DNA from: the human T2T-CHM13v2.0 reference genome, Homo sapiens
DNA length: 64,000 bases
Direction: 5' to 3' (one strand)
Assembly: GCF_009914755.1 (NCBI RefSeq)
Contig: NC_060931.1
The notes under the pieces are model-generated. The model was not told where the DNA came from. It saw only the letters and a list, made by a program, of their open reading frames with translations, and ran no database searches. Positions within the stretch are counted from its first letter, which is position 1, and each line of letters opens with the position of its first letter. Of the stretch, positions 38,754-53,600 are shown piece by piece. The position numbers were made by a program, and so were the translations under genes.

Positions 38754-41700
38754 GGGGGTGATACAAGTTTTCCACCCGCTTTAGGCTGAGGCCCCGTAAG
38801 CGGGACTGTGTTCTAGTACCCGGAAAAAGCGCGCGGCCTGTGACACATCAGGTGCCAGGCCGCCGGAGGACAGAAGGAGGCGCTGCCGGGCCAGTGCGGA
38901 GGCTGCAGCCGCCCACTGCAGAACGCGCCCTTGGTTGGGTCTGGCGAGCTGCCCGCGTAGTGGAGTGGTGTTAGGGCTCCCAAGTAGAAAGAACCTGTTC
39001 CCTACGTAGGTGTCGGTTGTACTTAAGAGCATCATTTGGTCGCTCGTGTATTCGCAGAACCCCTAGCCTGCAATAAGATGGTTCAGGAAACACAACCAGA
39101 ACCGGTCTCATTCGGTACCCAGCAGCTACGTGCATACAAGTCCAGAGACATGTAATGGGGTGGAGGGACCACGCTAGGAATCTGGAGGTCACACATCCAG
39201 GTCGAGTTTTAACTAGCTGTGATTCCAGGCACATTGTGATGTTATAAAAAGGAAAAGATTTGGCCTGGATGATTATGAGGTCCTCAATCAGACCACTCTC
39301 TGTAGGTGTGTTACAGTGACAAATACAAATAGCAAAGCCATCTGGAATACCTTTGTTTTTTTTTTAAGGCAAAGGCCTATGCAAATATAATATGCACACG
39401 CTTCTGAAAGATGATTAGATCAGCACGGTTTAAGATACCCCATATTTTTACTGGTAGACAAGAGAAGCCGGCTATGTAGAGAATCCTATTTTAATCCTTT
39501 CATAAAGACAAGAATCTTAGATCTTAGGGAAACTTGGCTTATTTTCACAAATATGCACGTTCTGGGTTCCACTGCTTATAGAGGACCCGGTACTGGGGAG
39601 CATGTGCTCTAAAACCTGTTTTAGAGGTAAAACACAGGTGCTGACCTGCCCTGGGATCCGTGCAGTACAATCCCAGCTCTCTGCATAGCGGTGTACTGGG
39701 AGCCCTGTGCTTTCGTTTAATTTTTTTTTAAACAAAAGAAATTACAGAAAAGTGCAAATTTAACGTGTGACATTTAACATTTTGCCGTGGCAGGCAGCCT
39801 CCACTTAAATGGGGCCTTTCTGCGGAACAACAGGAGCCAAAAGGCCTTGTGTCATGGAGTAATGTAAGACACAATCTGGGCTGCAAACGCACAATGAATC
39901 GGGAAGGATTTATGTAATTAATTGACCAGTCTTAACCTGTTATCGTGATGTAAGGAATTTGGAACTCATTAATTTGGGCTCTGACAGATTTCATATTAGA
40001 GCTGGCAAATATGGATTGAGCCTCTTATTCTTGTAGCAGCTGGAATTTCCATGACAGTGAGGCTTAGTGAAGAAGACCTATTGCTGGAGTCAAACTGCCT
40101 CTTGCTAATCAGTAGCCCTGCTCTGTATTAAAGGGATAATGAAAGAAAAAAAAAAAGGAAAAAGCATATTACCTAGTTGGGGGAGTGGAAGGGGCTTGTG
40201 TTCATTCTGCTAGTACGTGGGTTGAGCTCAAGCATTTGTAGCTGAACCAAACATTAATTGCAATCATAGAGTTAGGTGATTTCTCAACACCTTGAGAGAA
40301 GAGAAGGTAGAATGGTGTCAGGGTCAGGTTTGATATTATCCAAGTTAAAGAGGGATTAAAAGACAGAGCCTCTGAATTTCATCTGTGCACATAGAGACTG
40401 TATGAAGAAAGAGGTAGAAGTCTTACGAGGGGCAAATGGGAGTTTTTTTGGTAATGTCATATTCATAAATGAGCGGTTCAGAGCCCTGAAGGAGAGACTG
40501 CCTTTCTCAGGAGCCACTTCCTGACTCCTGGTGGGAGCTCCCTAGTGGACCCCATGAAACCCAGAATTCACATAATGAGCGTTTAGTTGATAATTTAATC
40601 TGTGTCCTCTTCAAATTTTATGATGTTTACTGAATCACCCATTTGGAAATGTCCAGTTTCTTCTTTGAGATTGTAAATAAACTTCAGTAAAAGTTTAACT
40701 TTCATTTTTTTTCCACCCTTGACAATCAGAAAATTGCTAGGTTCAAAAAAGCTCCCAGAGATTAAACAAAATGGTTTTTTTTTCTTCCTTCACAATAGTT
40801 TTCCCTTATTGCTGTACTATGTGATAAGGTTAATATAACAGCTGCCATACAGATCATTAATACAGGGAGATAAGCAAAGTTGCATGCTGGAAACATTTGC
40901 AGGGTATCATTTGCCTTCTTCTGCTGATAAAGAAGCCTTAGGTAACAAATACAGATCACAGGCACTGAATATTTAACTTTTTAGACAGAAATCCCAATTG
41001 ATCTTTCCTAATATGTTATTATTCATAAATACTCTTTAAAGTTGGGTACTGACTGCTCTCAAAATATGATTTTTTAAAAAAAATTTGTATGTTACCTACC
41101 TTTTCAAGTTTACAGTCAAACGTAATTTACTTTTTAATATGACAAATAGTTATAACTCTTGCAAAAACAAAGATTTCCATGCCCCCCTCTTCATTCTTAT
41201 TTTTCTTTTTTGAAAATTGTCTTAAATTCAACCAAATTCCAAAGTAAAGAATTTTCCTTTTAGTTAGTGATAATGGGATTTGATCTATCAATGAAGTGCT
41301 CAGTATAAAGATTTGTTTTTGATTATCTTGTTAACAAGTGATTTCTTTAGTTTTGGCTCTATTTAAATGAATGCATAAAGATAAATGCTAGAAATTTGCA
41401 TCAATATATTAATGTTATCCTTCACATTGAGAGCAAAGAGGGAGCTAGTATTTGTTATTGGTAGTATTATTTCAGTGAGAAGGCAATGAGGATAAACAAT
41501 TGATACCAGCAAGACTTGGATAACTAGTATAAACCATGACAAGGGCGATTAATAGTGTATATAAACACACTTCAAGTTTGTATACATGATCTCAGCTCTC
41601 ACCTAGTGATTTCTTTGTATTTTTTTAAAGGGTGATTTGTAAGTTGGCAGTTACAAGGCTATCAACTCATGTGCTGTGTGTACTGTTTATATATTAGAGG

Positions 41701-42064
41701 TATGGAATAGACATACTGAAGTGTGATTTACCGGAGAGAGTGTTGATTTGGAAGGATGTCTGGTGAATCAGGTTCTGGCTCTGTGGCTGGCACGTACCCA
41801 AAGGCAGTTCCCAACCTCTCTGGATGTCAATTTCCTCATCAGTACAATAAAAAGACTGGATACAGAATGTCCTAAAGGTGTTCCCTACAGCGCTAGTTCT
41901 GAGGAATGCTAATAAGTTTACTAAATGCTAATAAGTTAAAAAAAAAAACAGGATGGAGGTTTCCATGGCCAGTTACATTTTGGACACATTGGGCTAAATA
42001 AAGTTTAATATTAATTTTTCTGCAGGACTTCTCAGTGACTTTCATATGGTAATATTCACTGTGA

Positions 42065-42355
42065 GGTCAGCACGGTGGCTCACACCTATAATCCTAGCAC
42101 TCTGGGAGGCCGAGGCAGGTGGATTGCTGGAGGCTAGGAGTTTGAGACCAGCCTGGGTAAGGTGGCAAAAACCCATCTCTACAGAAAAAAAAAATACAAA
42201 AATTAGCCGGGTGTGGTGGCACATGCCTAAGTTCCCAGCTACTTGGAGGGATGAGGTGGGAGGATCGCCCTAGCCTGGGAGGTCAAGGCTGCAGTGAGCC
42301 GTGATCATGGCACTGCACTCCAGTCTGGGCAACACAGCAAGACCCTCAAGAAAAA
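42065..42355 (+). mobile_element. AluJ inserted into a hAT/MER5-type fragment (CACTGTGA flanks)
   Basis: Alu dimer; the flanks GCAGGACTTCTCAG...CACTGTGA and CACTGTGAATCTCTAAG rejoin as one element. Confidence 0.85.
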
Positions 42356-42375
42356 ACATACACTGTGAATCTCTA

Positions 42376-42378
<3 letters not shown>

Positions 42379-42408
<30 letters not shown>
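42379..42408. repeat. (GT)15 microsatellite
   Basis: Direct read. Confidence 0.93.
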
Positions 42409-42411
<3 letters not shown>

Positions 42412-42589
42412 CATCTCTGTGTAGGGGTACTGTGCACAGTTTTCCTAAACTGATTCAAAAAAGAAAGGGTGAACAGTGATCCCTTGAATCTATAGTACTT
42501 TGGAGTCCTTCTGAAAATGATTAAGGGGCACTTGCATTCACACTAGGTGTTCTTGAGGCCAGGGTGCAAGGAACATGGGATATCATTAA

Positions 42590-42952
<363 letters not shown>

Positions 42953-42992
42953 TAAAAGCCTCTGTTTCTTTCACTCTCTCTTCTCACCCTAC

Positions 42993-43348
42993 CAGATGCT
43001 CCTTGACTTATGATAGGGCTATGTTCCAATACATCTATGGTAAGTTGAAAATATTGTAAATCAAAAATGCATTCAATATATCTGACCTACTGAACATCCT
43101 AGCTTAGCTTACCTTAAACATATTCAGAACATTTACTTTAGCCTACAGTTGGGCAAGAACATCTAACACAAAGTCTATTTTATAATCTTGTGTTGAATAC
43201 CTCATGTAATTTATTGAATACGATACTGAAAGTGAGAAACAGCATGGTTGTATGTGAACTTGATGTACTATTTCTACTGAATGTATATTGCTATCATGTC
43301 ATTGTAAGTCAAAAAGTCATGAGTCAAACCACCCTAAGTTGGGGACCA
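42993..43348 (+). mobile_element. MER47A (TcMar-Tigger)
   Basis: CAGATGCTCCTTGACTTATGAT...GCCTACAGTTGGGCAA...AAGTTGGGGACC. Confidence 0.8.
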
Positions 43349-43352
43349 TATA

Positions 43353-43715
43353 CAGTCATGCATTGCTTAACAATGGGGACATGTTCTGAGAAATGTGTCG
43401 TTACGCAATTTTGTTGTGTGAACATCACAGAATTTACTTACACAAACCTAGACGGCATAGCCTACTAAACACTCTGGCTACAGCCTAGTGCTCCTAGGCT
43501 ACAAACCTCTATAGCATGTTACTGTACTGAACGCTGCAGGCAGTTGTAACACAATGGTGAATATATGTGGTCTAAACATAGAAAAGGTACATTTAAAATA
43601 CTGTATAAAAGATAAAAAATGGTACACCTGTAGAGGGCAGCTCCATGATACTCATGGGACAACAGTCGCACACGCAGTCTGTTGTTGACTGAGATGTTAC
43701 TATGCAGCACATAAC
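43353..43715 (+). mobile_element. Tigger3a/MER7A
   Basis: CAGTCATGCATTGCTTAAC...TTCTGAGAAATG...ACTTACACAAACCTAGA...CTCCTAGGCTACAAACC. Confidence 0.85.
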
Positions 43716-43994
43716 AACGTATCTCTCTCTATCCCATTCCTCTTCAGCTTCTTTCAAACTCGTGACAACTTTAGCCTCTTTCTGATTTTCCAGACCCAGC
43801 CCACACTGGCTCTTGTCTTTCTCCCCCTTTTCTTTAACCCTCCAGATCTGTTCCTCACTGTTCTCCCAGTAGCTCTCAGAGTAAATCTGACACGGCAGTC
43901 CCTGGCCCTCTCGGCTCCTCCCCACTCGAATTCCAACTTTTGCAGCCATAGCTTAGGAACTAGTCTGACAAAGATGGGATTCTCCTGAGGAGTC

Positions 43995-44095
43995 TGGGGT
44001 GGGGGGCATTGGGGCAGAGGGGGTGGAGGTAGGGGGAGGGAGAGGTAGGGGAGTGGAGGAGGGGAGGGAGAGTGGAGGGTGGGAGCAGGTGGGCA
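43995..44095 (+). repeat. G-rich low-complexity tract (G-quadruplex prone)
   Basis: More than ten G3-G6 runs in 100 bp. Confidence 0.8.
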
Positions 44096-45039
44096 CACTG
44101 GCTGTCATAGTGGTGATCAGAGACAAGCCTGCAGTCTAACCCTGTAAAAGGTTTTCCTGAAACTCCTGATTTTGTTTAGTAGTAATGAACACCAGCTTGC
44201 ATCCAATTTTTGTTTTCCTCTTTGTTGATCTACCTACCAAGTTTATCCCCTGACCTTCAGGGGACCTCACCCCAAAGCCACTGTGTGAAAACCAACCTTA
44301 TTTCTAAGAATATTTCTAAGGTCTATGACCTTCTTTGGTAATCCATGACGAGGATTAACCACTCTTTTTAGAAAACCATTTTGTCCACATGCCTCACGCT
44401 CCCATTAAGTCCAGTCTATGGGCAGATCACAGGCCTCAGGATAAATGTGTAAGGAGGCCTTGTGCAAGGCCACCAGGGAGGGAGGACGCAGTGGTGCCCT
44501 CTAAGCACGTTGACATTCAAAACTCCTGAAATGCTGTGTAGAACTGTGCCGCATTTGGAGAGGGGAAGATAAAATGTGTCTGTGGGTTGGAGTCAGCCTG
44601 CAGGGTTTATAACAGAACTGTATTTTATATTTTTTGAAAAATATTAAGTTTTCCTGAACCTTTTATTTTCTAGTTGAATTAGCATTTCAACCTAAGTTTT
44701 GCTTTAATTTATGGTTCTTTTCTGAATCAAAGGTTTGTACATAGCTATGTTAAATAATGACCTCCAAACTCAAATGTGAAATTGGTGTAAAGGTTTTGAC
44801 AGTGAGTTGTATTGTGAGCAGTTTAATTAAAGTTGTCTTAGTGGAGTCTACTTGTTTCTGTAGTTGGTGGTTCAGCCTGACTTCAAAACAACAAAAAATG
44901 TAAACATAGTAAATATTTCTTGAGCTCTAACATTGTGCTGACCTATAAGAGAGCCAGAAATAAGTAAAGGTTTGGTGAAGCCAGGCAAGATTATTACTGC
45001 CTGTTAGAGTAGAGGAGACAGTTTGAAATAAAATGGAAA

Positions 45040-46230
<1,191 letters not shown>

Positions 46231-46914
46231 TGCCACACTTGGGATTACAGGATTTGAGGAGGTAGCCTTGAAAAAGGCCATACAGGTTGAAATCACGTGG
46301 CCCAGAGGAAGATCAAGGACATTTCTACACTGTAGTCAAATCCAACTGATGCCCAGTGCATACTGACACCTTGTGAGGGCTGCAGTGCAAGTCTTGAAAA
46401 TCTTATGCACTCGCAGTTTCAGCAAATTCAGCATTTGCCAGACAAAAACAGAATAGCAAGATGAAGTGGCTTAAAAAGGCACTACCGCTCTTGCTTTTTT
46501 TCTCACCTGTGTAAACTTAGCTGAGTTAATGATTTTAGAGGGGAGAAAGTCAATATATGTGTAAATTATGAAGATGGTTTATGTGCTTCTGCTGTTGGAA
46601 ACGTCTTTTAAGGTGCTATAAGGTATATGTGTATTTTAGACTTTATGTATTTTCCTGTAATAAGAGAAAAAGACACCACAGAACTTAAAATATGCAAAAG
46701 AAGAAATAGTTTACACTAGTGTAATGAATCAATTCATGTTAAAAACATTTATTGAGCATGTACTATATTTAGAAGATTGAGCTGGGTACTCCAGCAGATA
46801 GATGATAACAAACCTTCAGCCCCTGTTCTTGGAAGCTCTCAATCTGAGGGCAGACAAACATGAAAACATCTAACTATAATGCAAGACAGAATGAATCAGG
46901 TGCCATAGTTGGGT

Positions 46915-47310
46915 GTAGTGGACATCCATTATCTTACCTGCCCAATATCCATTCTCTTCCTGCAAGACCCTTGGTATTTCTCAGGGACCACCCCTCTCCA
47001 CTCTCAGTCCCTGTGGTTTGAGTGGAGCTGAGTCAACCTTCATCCCCACAAGGGGGTGTAACCCAAGTCTAGTCAATCAGAGCAATTGTATTTTCCTGGC
47101 CCAAGTGATGAGTGGTTCATAAGTGGTCACATGCCCAGTCAAAACCAATGACCTTTGTGCTACTGTTGAGAAAAGAAACTCTTTCCTCCTCTGGGATGGC
47201 TGGATAGGATGAAAGCCTGGAACTCTGGGAAGCCCATATTGCCACTGCCTGAAAATGGAGCCCACACCAAAGGTAATTGAGCTGAGAGATGAAATGAGTG
47301 GGTCCTGATG
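46915..47310. mobile_element. MLT1-like LTR (old subfamily)
   Basis: TGTAGTGG start; CTCAGTCCCTGTGGTTTGAGTGGAGCTGA and GAAGCCCATATTGCCAC segments. Confidence 0.55.
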
Positions 47311-47433
47311 ACATCTTTTAAAACTGTCGGGTATTTCCCATGTCAAGCACTGCAGTAAGCATATCATTCACTGTTTTATTCATTCATTCGCTCACTTGCT
47401 GACTTTACCTGCGCAGTTGCATTTAATCCCTAT

Positions 47434-47753
47434 ACGGTAGTTCCCCAGCTGCTTTCTGAGGTCTCAGCTACTGGCCATCCACTGCGGTCCAAAAATCGGT
47501 GAGTACAGTACAATAAAATATTTTGAGAAAGAGACCACATTCACATAACTTTTATTACAGTATATCGTTATAACCACTCTATTTTATTATTATTGTTATT
47601 AATTTCTTAGTGTGCCTAATTTATAAGTTAAATGTTATTATAGGTATGCACATATAGGAAAAAACATAGTGTATACGTGGTTCAGACTGTCTGAGGTTTC
47701 AGGCATCCACTGAGGGTCTTGGAATATACCCCACTGGATGAGGGGGGACTACT
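47434..47753. mobile_element. MER44/Tigger7 family
   Basis: GTAGTTCCCC...GACCACATTCACATAACTTTTATTACAGTATA...TTTCAGGCATCCACTGAGGGTCTTGGAA...GGGGACTACT. Confidence 0.75.
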
Positions 47754-48199
47754 TTAACATTAATAGAAAGTGGGTACCATTATTCTCATTGTATAGATGA
47801 ACCTACTGCTAATTAATGGAAAAGGTGGGATTGAACACAGAATCAGATCTGTTTCTAATACCCTATATGGTTTCTCAAGGAGAAAATAGCTCTTATAAAA
47901 CCAATGTATTCTCTTAGCACCTAGAATACAAGAGTGCATTCACTTAGAAGGGGCCCCTTATGTATTTCTCGACTGGGTGCATATTCATGGTGTAAAGAAT
48001 AGTGGTGCTGTTACTTAGAGTGGGAAGCACAGGAAGAGGTGCAGGAGGAAGAGAAGGGGAAGATGAATTCAGGTGCAGCCAGGATGTGGGTACAGGAAGA
48101 GATGATATGTCCAGAGGTGAAAATGTGAGGTTGGAATAGGGCGAGAGGTAGAGAGGAACATTTAGAAATTTTCTGAGAGGAGAATTGATGAAGGACATC

Positions 48200-48495
48200 T
48201 TTCCACAAATGTTATCTCAGTGAGGCCTTCCTGGACCCCAAATTGCAACCTCCTTCTTCATTCCCTTTTCCTTACCTTCCCCATCTCTCCTCCCTGCTTT
48301 GTATTCTCATAGCATCAATCACCTGTATCTAAATAGATATCTGTTTGTTTTTATCTATGTCCTCTGCATCCCCATGACAATATAAGCTTTATTTGAGGAG
48401 GGAGACAGGCTGTTGTTCACGGTGGTATCCCACATGCCTAGACTAGTGCCTGGCACATAGGAGGTGCTCAAAGTATATTTGTTGAATTAATAAAT
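48200..48495. mobile_element. L2 3' end
   Basis: TCAGTGAGGCCTTCC...GTGCCTGGCACATAGGAGGTGCTCAA...TTTGTTGAATTAAT. Confidence 0.75.
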
Positions 48496-48739
48496 GAAGG
48501 AGTGGAATTGAGTGAGATTGCTCACTGATGGCAGAGAAAAAGAAGGGTAGACAGAAGACCTCAGAAGAGGAGACCCTGGAAGTGACTGAGACAATCTAAG
48601 AGGCAGAAGACAAATCAAAGAGCCATTCCCAAGAATAAGGAAAGCAGAGGGCTTCCAGAGCAGCACAGCCAGCAGGGTCAAACGTTGCTGAGGGGCAAAA
48701 TATGGCCGAGGCCATTACATCTTTGGTAATGTTACACAG

Positions 48740-48950
48740 CATCATGGTGTGGAGGCTCTTGGGATTCAGAGTTAAGCATGAGGGTTTGAATTTCAGTCCT
48801 GCCATTTACTAATTTACTAGTTATGTAAATTTGAATAACTCTCTAAACTTTGGAGGCTTGGTCTGTTTACCTGTAAAATGGGTATAATACTGACCCTACC
48901 TCAAAGCATAATTTTAAGGATGCACTGAATTATTATATGTGAAAGACATG
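48740..48950. mobile_element. MIR
   Basis: GGGTTTGAATTTCAGTCCTGCCATTTACTA...CCTGTAAAATGGGTATAATA. Confidence 0.7.
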
Positions 48951-50544
48951 TATATGTGTGAATTATTACCATTATCAGTGATTTGCAGTGGGTAGAATAA
49001 ATATCTACAAATAAAGGAAGTCATGAAAAATTTTGATAAACCGTTATTGTTTGGGAATAATTGATTTCAAGACAAAACAAAATACATGATGATTCTTGCT
49101 GTCATTTTCAAACACTATGCATATATATTTGAAAATGAGCATTTGCATTTATGAATTTGAATTTGGGGCATTTTCTTTATCAGGACTGTTCCCGGCTTTT
49201 TTATACCCCTTCTTACTTAGGCTATTTATGCAAATGCACAATCCCAGACAGACAAGAGGCAACATTTCAGTTCTCTGTCAATTAGGTTGGAGAGCTGCAT
49301 GCAACCATTCCCTTCCTTCCTCCACCCCCCTCGCAAGCCAATCTTATTTTTTACCCTTTGTATCAGAATGTTGCATATCCCAAGTCTTTCTAGAAAATCA
49401 CTGATTTTATTTATGCATTAGCCTTTTATGTTGTAGGTTTTGAGTTAGATTTAGTCCTGGTGGCTGAAAGTTGAACATTTTCTGAATGTTTTCCCCAGAA
49501 CCACAACCATATTTGGCAGCAAAGAAGCTGGAGGGATGAATAGACTTCCATGTTGCTTGGTTGTAGATAGGGAGATGCTGGCAGAAATTTGCAAGTATTT
49601 GCATATATACAATTGTCTGTGATGTTTGCTTCCACTCGTGCTCTCTTTCTCTGCCCTCTGTTCTCTTTGTGCAGTGAATTACTAATACAAATACAGATAA
49701 TGAAATTTCTGATCCCAGACTGCAAAGCAAACGCACATTTTGGAAGGTATCTGGGGAAAATGGATAGGTTCTTTTGATCTTGTTGCTTTAGCCAGACAAG
49801 GAAATAAGGAGAAAGTAATTACAGGGACTTGTCTCTGAAGGTAGAATGAGTGGCACTGACAGGGTTTCTTTTCACAGAGTCTTGTAGAAATGCTATTTTC
49901 TTGTTAATACCAATAGGTATTATTCCTGGAAATAGAGTTTATGTATTAAAATGTGTGTTCAGCAGATGGGACACCGTCCACAGGAAGCAGAACAAGTTCT
50001 GTCCTTGTGGCTACAGGACAGAGTGGATCTAGGGGTGGGTGAAATTTGTCCCCAGGCTTGAGGCATTCCCCAGGGCAGCCATGACAGTGCAAATTCTAGA
50101 GGTGGAGTGAAAGTGCATTTGTCCCTGAAAGCATCCTGTGGTAAATCACCGCTCTTGCATATTCAGAAGTCGTCAGTTTCATAAGCAGAAGCGTGACTCT
50201 GTTGGGCAACTGGAGGTGGTAACTCAGTGGCTCTGATTAGGTGGCAGTGATAGCAGGAATGCTCAGCTTGCCTGACTTAAGAATATGTTCCTATTGGCTA
50301 TCAGAAAGCTCCCTGGAGAAAAGAGCTGAAATGCAACTTTAATTGGCAACTTTTTAGGGTAACAAAGAACATTTTCTTATACCTATCCCTGTGGTGGACC
50401 TAAAGTTAATACATTGGTAAGTGAGCAATTCGAATTAAGTCCATGCTTTCTTAAACAAACAAGTAAACAAAGAAGTTTTAATTGTCAGTGTACTATGTAC
50501 TTTATGGCACAACACGATCACCTTTGGTTTAAGAAATGCGTATC

Positions 50545-50672
50545 GGCTGGGCGCACTAGTGCATGCCTGTAGTCTCAGCTCCCTTCCCTGGGAGGCTGAG
50601 GTAGGAGGATCCCTTGAGTCCGGGAATTCAAATTCAGCCTAGATAATATAACAAGACCTTGTCTAAAAAAAA
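50545..50672 (+). mobile_element. FLAM / Alu monomer
   Basis: GGCTGGGCGC...GGAGGCTGAGGTAGGAGGATCCCTTGAG...A tail. Confidence 0.8.
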
Positions 50673-52665
50673 GCATGCCAATTCTTTTCTTCTTTTAAAA
50701 TAATTTTGATTTTACCTATTGTTGACCTTTCATCATATATCATGTGGTAAACACCAATTCTGTTTGTCTGAATAGGTTTCTAAACAACTTAAGCTTGTGC
50801 TGACAGCTTGTATAAAAAGAACAAATATTTGTTTTTTATTTCATGCAAATATCGCATGCTATCAAACAAGACGGGCTTAAAGAGGCTAGGATTTTGTCTT
50901 TCATAGCTCACTAAGGGACAGCTAATCTATAGCAGAAATAATTTTAAATGTAGAAGTGCAGTGTGGAAAATACAGACCTCCCCCTGGTTGAAAACACATT
51001 AGTAGAAAAAAAAATTTAGCTGAAAAAGGTTATGAAATGCTTATCTTGTTAGACAGCTTAAAATATGTTGGGAATAGAATAAAAAAGAGAGAAATGGTTT
51101 ATAAGAAAAAAGACTGTTCTAACAGCTATTACTTTATTGGAAATTAGTTTAGTGACATTAAAACTCTTTAAATAAACATATATGAAATGATATAACGTTG
51201 TGTTGAAACAAGGTTAAGTAAAAAACTGAAATAGCATTATTGTGGATAAAGTAGAGATCAAACCCTTGAAATTACGGATATTAAGGAACTCATTGGGCAA
51301 TCACTGGGTTCTTTGCTTTCTTTTCATTCTTTCTTGGCATATCGTTTATGGCCCATAATGAGGTAGGTAGAGATACATTGTTATAGCTGCAGTTTAGTGG
51401 CAGAAAGTGAATGAAAGAAAATTTCTCTTAAAAATGAAAACAATATTCATCCTAATGATGCTGTTGGACTGTCCACTATGGAGATTTAAACTAGCATATG
51501 AAATTCATTTACAGATATAATGGATACCAATCTAAATATGAAATATTCATATGTATGATATTGCTTCTGTTTGGATTCCTGCTGTCTGCCATTCTAGGTG
51601 GGATTGTGGATGGATTTTCCCCTCTCACTCATTTCCTGTTCCACAATGCCTACTGTGCAATATTACTGGGCTATGTCAGCCACCTAGCTACCTTCCTGGT
51701 GTGACCGCTGTTCCTACTTTCCTTTATACAATGAAGAATTAACTGTTCAGGTACTGTCATCTGCCTTATCCAACACACTTCATAACACAGGGAGAGAATT
51801 TTAATAAGACCTCCAAGGGGCCTGTTGCCATTTTTAGAGAGAAGGTTTCCTACAAAGGAAGTGCATGGAAACTCCCAAGAGAAAGCTAAAACCCCCTGCT
51901 GAGAGGAACCCGTGTCATCCCATTTTATTGTCTACCTGTCACCACAGCCCTTGCATGATTCTGACAGGCTGCTCTTTTCTCTTGTAGCCAGTGCTGCTTA
52001 ATGTCATTTTCTTGGTTGAACATCTTTATTTCTGACTTGTTACAAACCATTAACTAGTTTCCAGGTTTCAATGTCCTGGCTACTTTTGACTAGTAAGTCA
52101 TTTGGCATAACAAGGTTTCCCTTTATCTTCTTGCTAAAGAAAATCTCTACAAGAAATGATCAGTGTTCCAATTTTTATGAATCCTAGCAGATAGGAAGTG
52201 CCTGTCATCGGATGCGAGGTATCTTTTCTGAAAGCATATTCCAGTTCATATAATAGAACTTGACAGACACACTGGGTAACCATTACACTTTCTGTAGAAG
52301 GCTTGAAACAATTTAGGTGAAAAGAAGAGAATTTTACAAATATACTTGCCTGGGATGGTTTGAAATAAACATAACAGCATTGTTTATAATTAGATTCCTT
52401 ACATGAAATGTTTTCACACATAAAATTTTTAAAATATATTTTGAAAAGCATTCAGTAGTTTAACAGTTGTCAGTCTCTATAAATACACTTTTCAAGTGCT
52501 AGTTATTTGTAGTATTGCTAAAATGAAGACTGGCTGCTTTGGACAATGATTTAAAAATAAAATATATAGATGTGTGGCTTGACGACATATTGCTAAAGCA
52601 TTAAAAAACTTAGACTTTAGTTTGCTTTGTATAAAGCTACTCAAACATGAAATTAATATAACTAA

Positions 52666-53008
<343 letters not shown>

Positions 53009-53129
53009 AACTTTTTTAAAGAAATGAACTTAAACATCATGAGCATATATGTTAATGTAATGTTACATTATTTAAATCTTAAGTAAGAATATTTATTTAT
53101 CCTTGCCGAATTAATGGATTAAGGATATT

Positions 53130-53600
53130 TAACGATCAGTTACTGACCCAGCAACTCCACTTCTAGGACTCTATATTAGTGAAACAGTTGAGCAAGTGCA
53201 TAAGTATGTATGTTCAGTATATGCGGCATTGTAAATCATGAAAAATCTGAGACAGCTTACGAATATATTAATAAGGGAATGGATAAATGAGCCAAAGGAC
53301 ACCTCTAAAGTGGAACACTACATTGTTGTTTAAAAGTTGAGCTACAAATGTATGTGCTGATGTGGGCGGTGTCTTTGATATGTTGTTGAGTGGAAAAAGC
53401 AGCCTGCAGCAGTGTGTGTAGAGTGTGAGACCATTTCTGAGAACAGTGGGAACTCTCTCTCCCCACCTCCTCTGTCTTCGTAGGAACACAGAAAACAGTC
53501 TGGAAGGATACACACCGGACAACCTTTGAGTGTGAAGGCATGGGGGAAATAAGACGAAAGACCTGATCTTTTGCTTTATATACCTCCATATTATTTGAAT
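53130..53600 (+). mobile_element. L1ME-like 3' fragment
   Basis: GACCCAGCAACTCCACTTCTAGG, AAGGGAATGGATAAAT and TGTTGAGTGGAAAAAGC motifs. Confidence 0.65.

Larger units (their letters stand above)
37790..39130. promoter_or_regulatory. CpG island 1, ~1.8 kb downstream of the SNX10 3' end; probable antisense lncRNA promoter
   Basis: Abrupt switch to very GC- and CpG-rich sequence with GC boxes, tandem X-boxes and a minus-strand donor at 37772/37773. Confidence 0.9.

Noticed and set aside
41906-41938. Direct repeat AATGCTAATAAGTT x2 (similar cases at ~16615, ~44300 and ~13040)
   Set aside because: Ordinary slippage micro-duplications.
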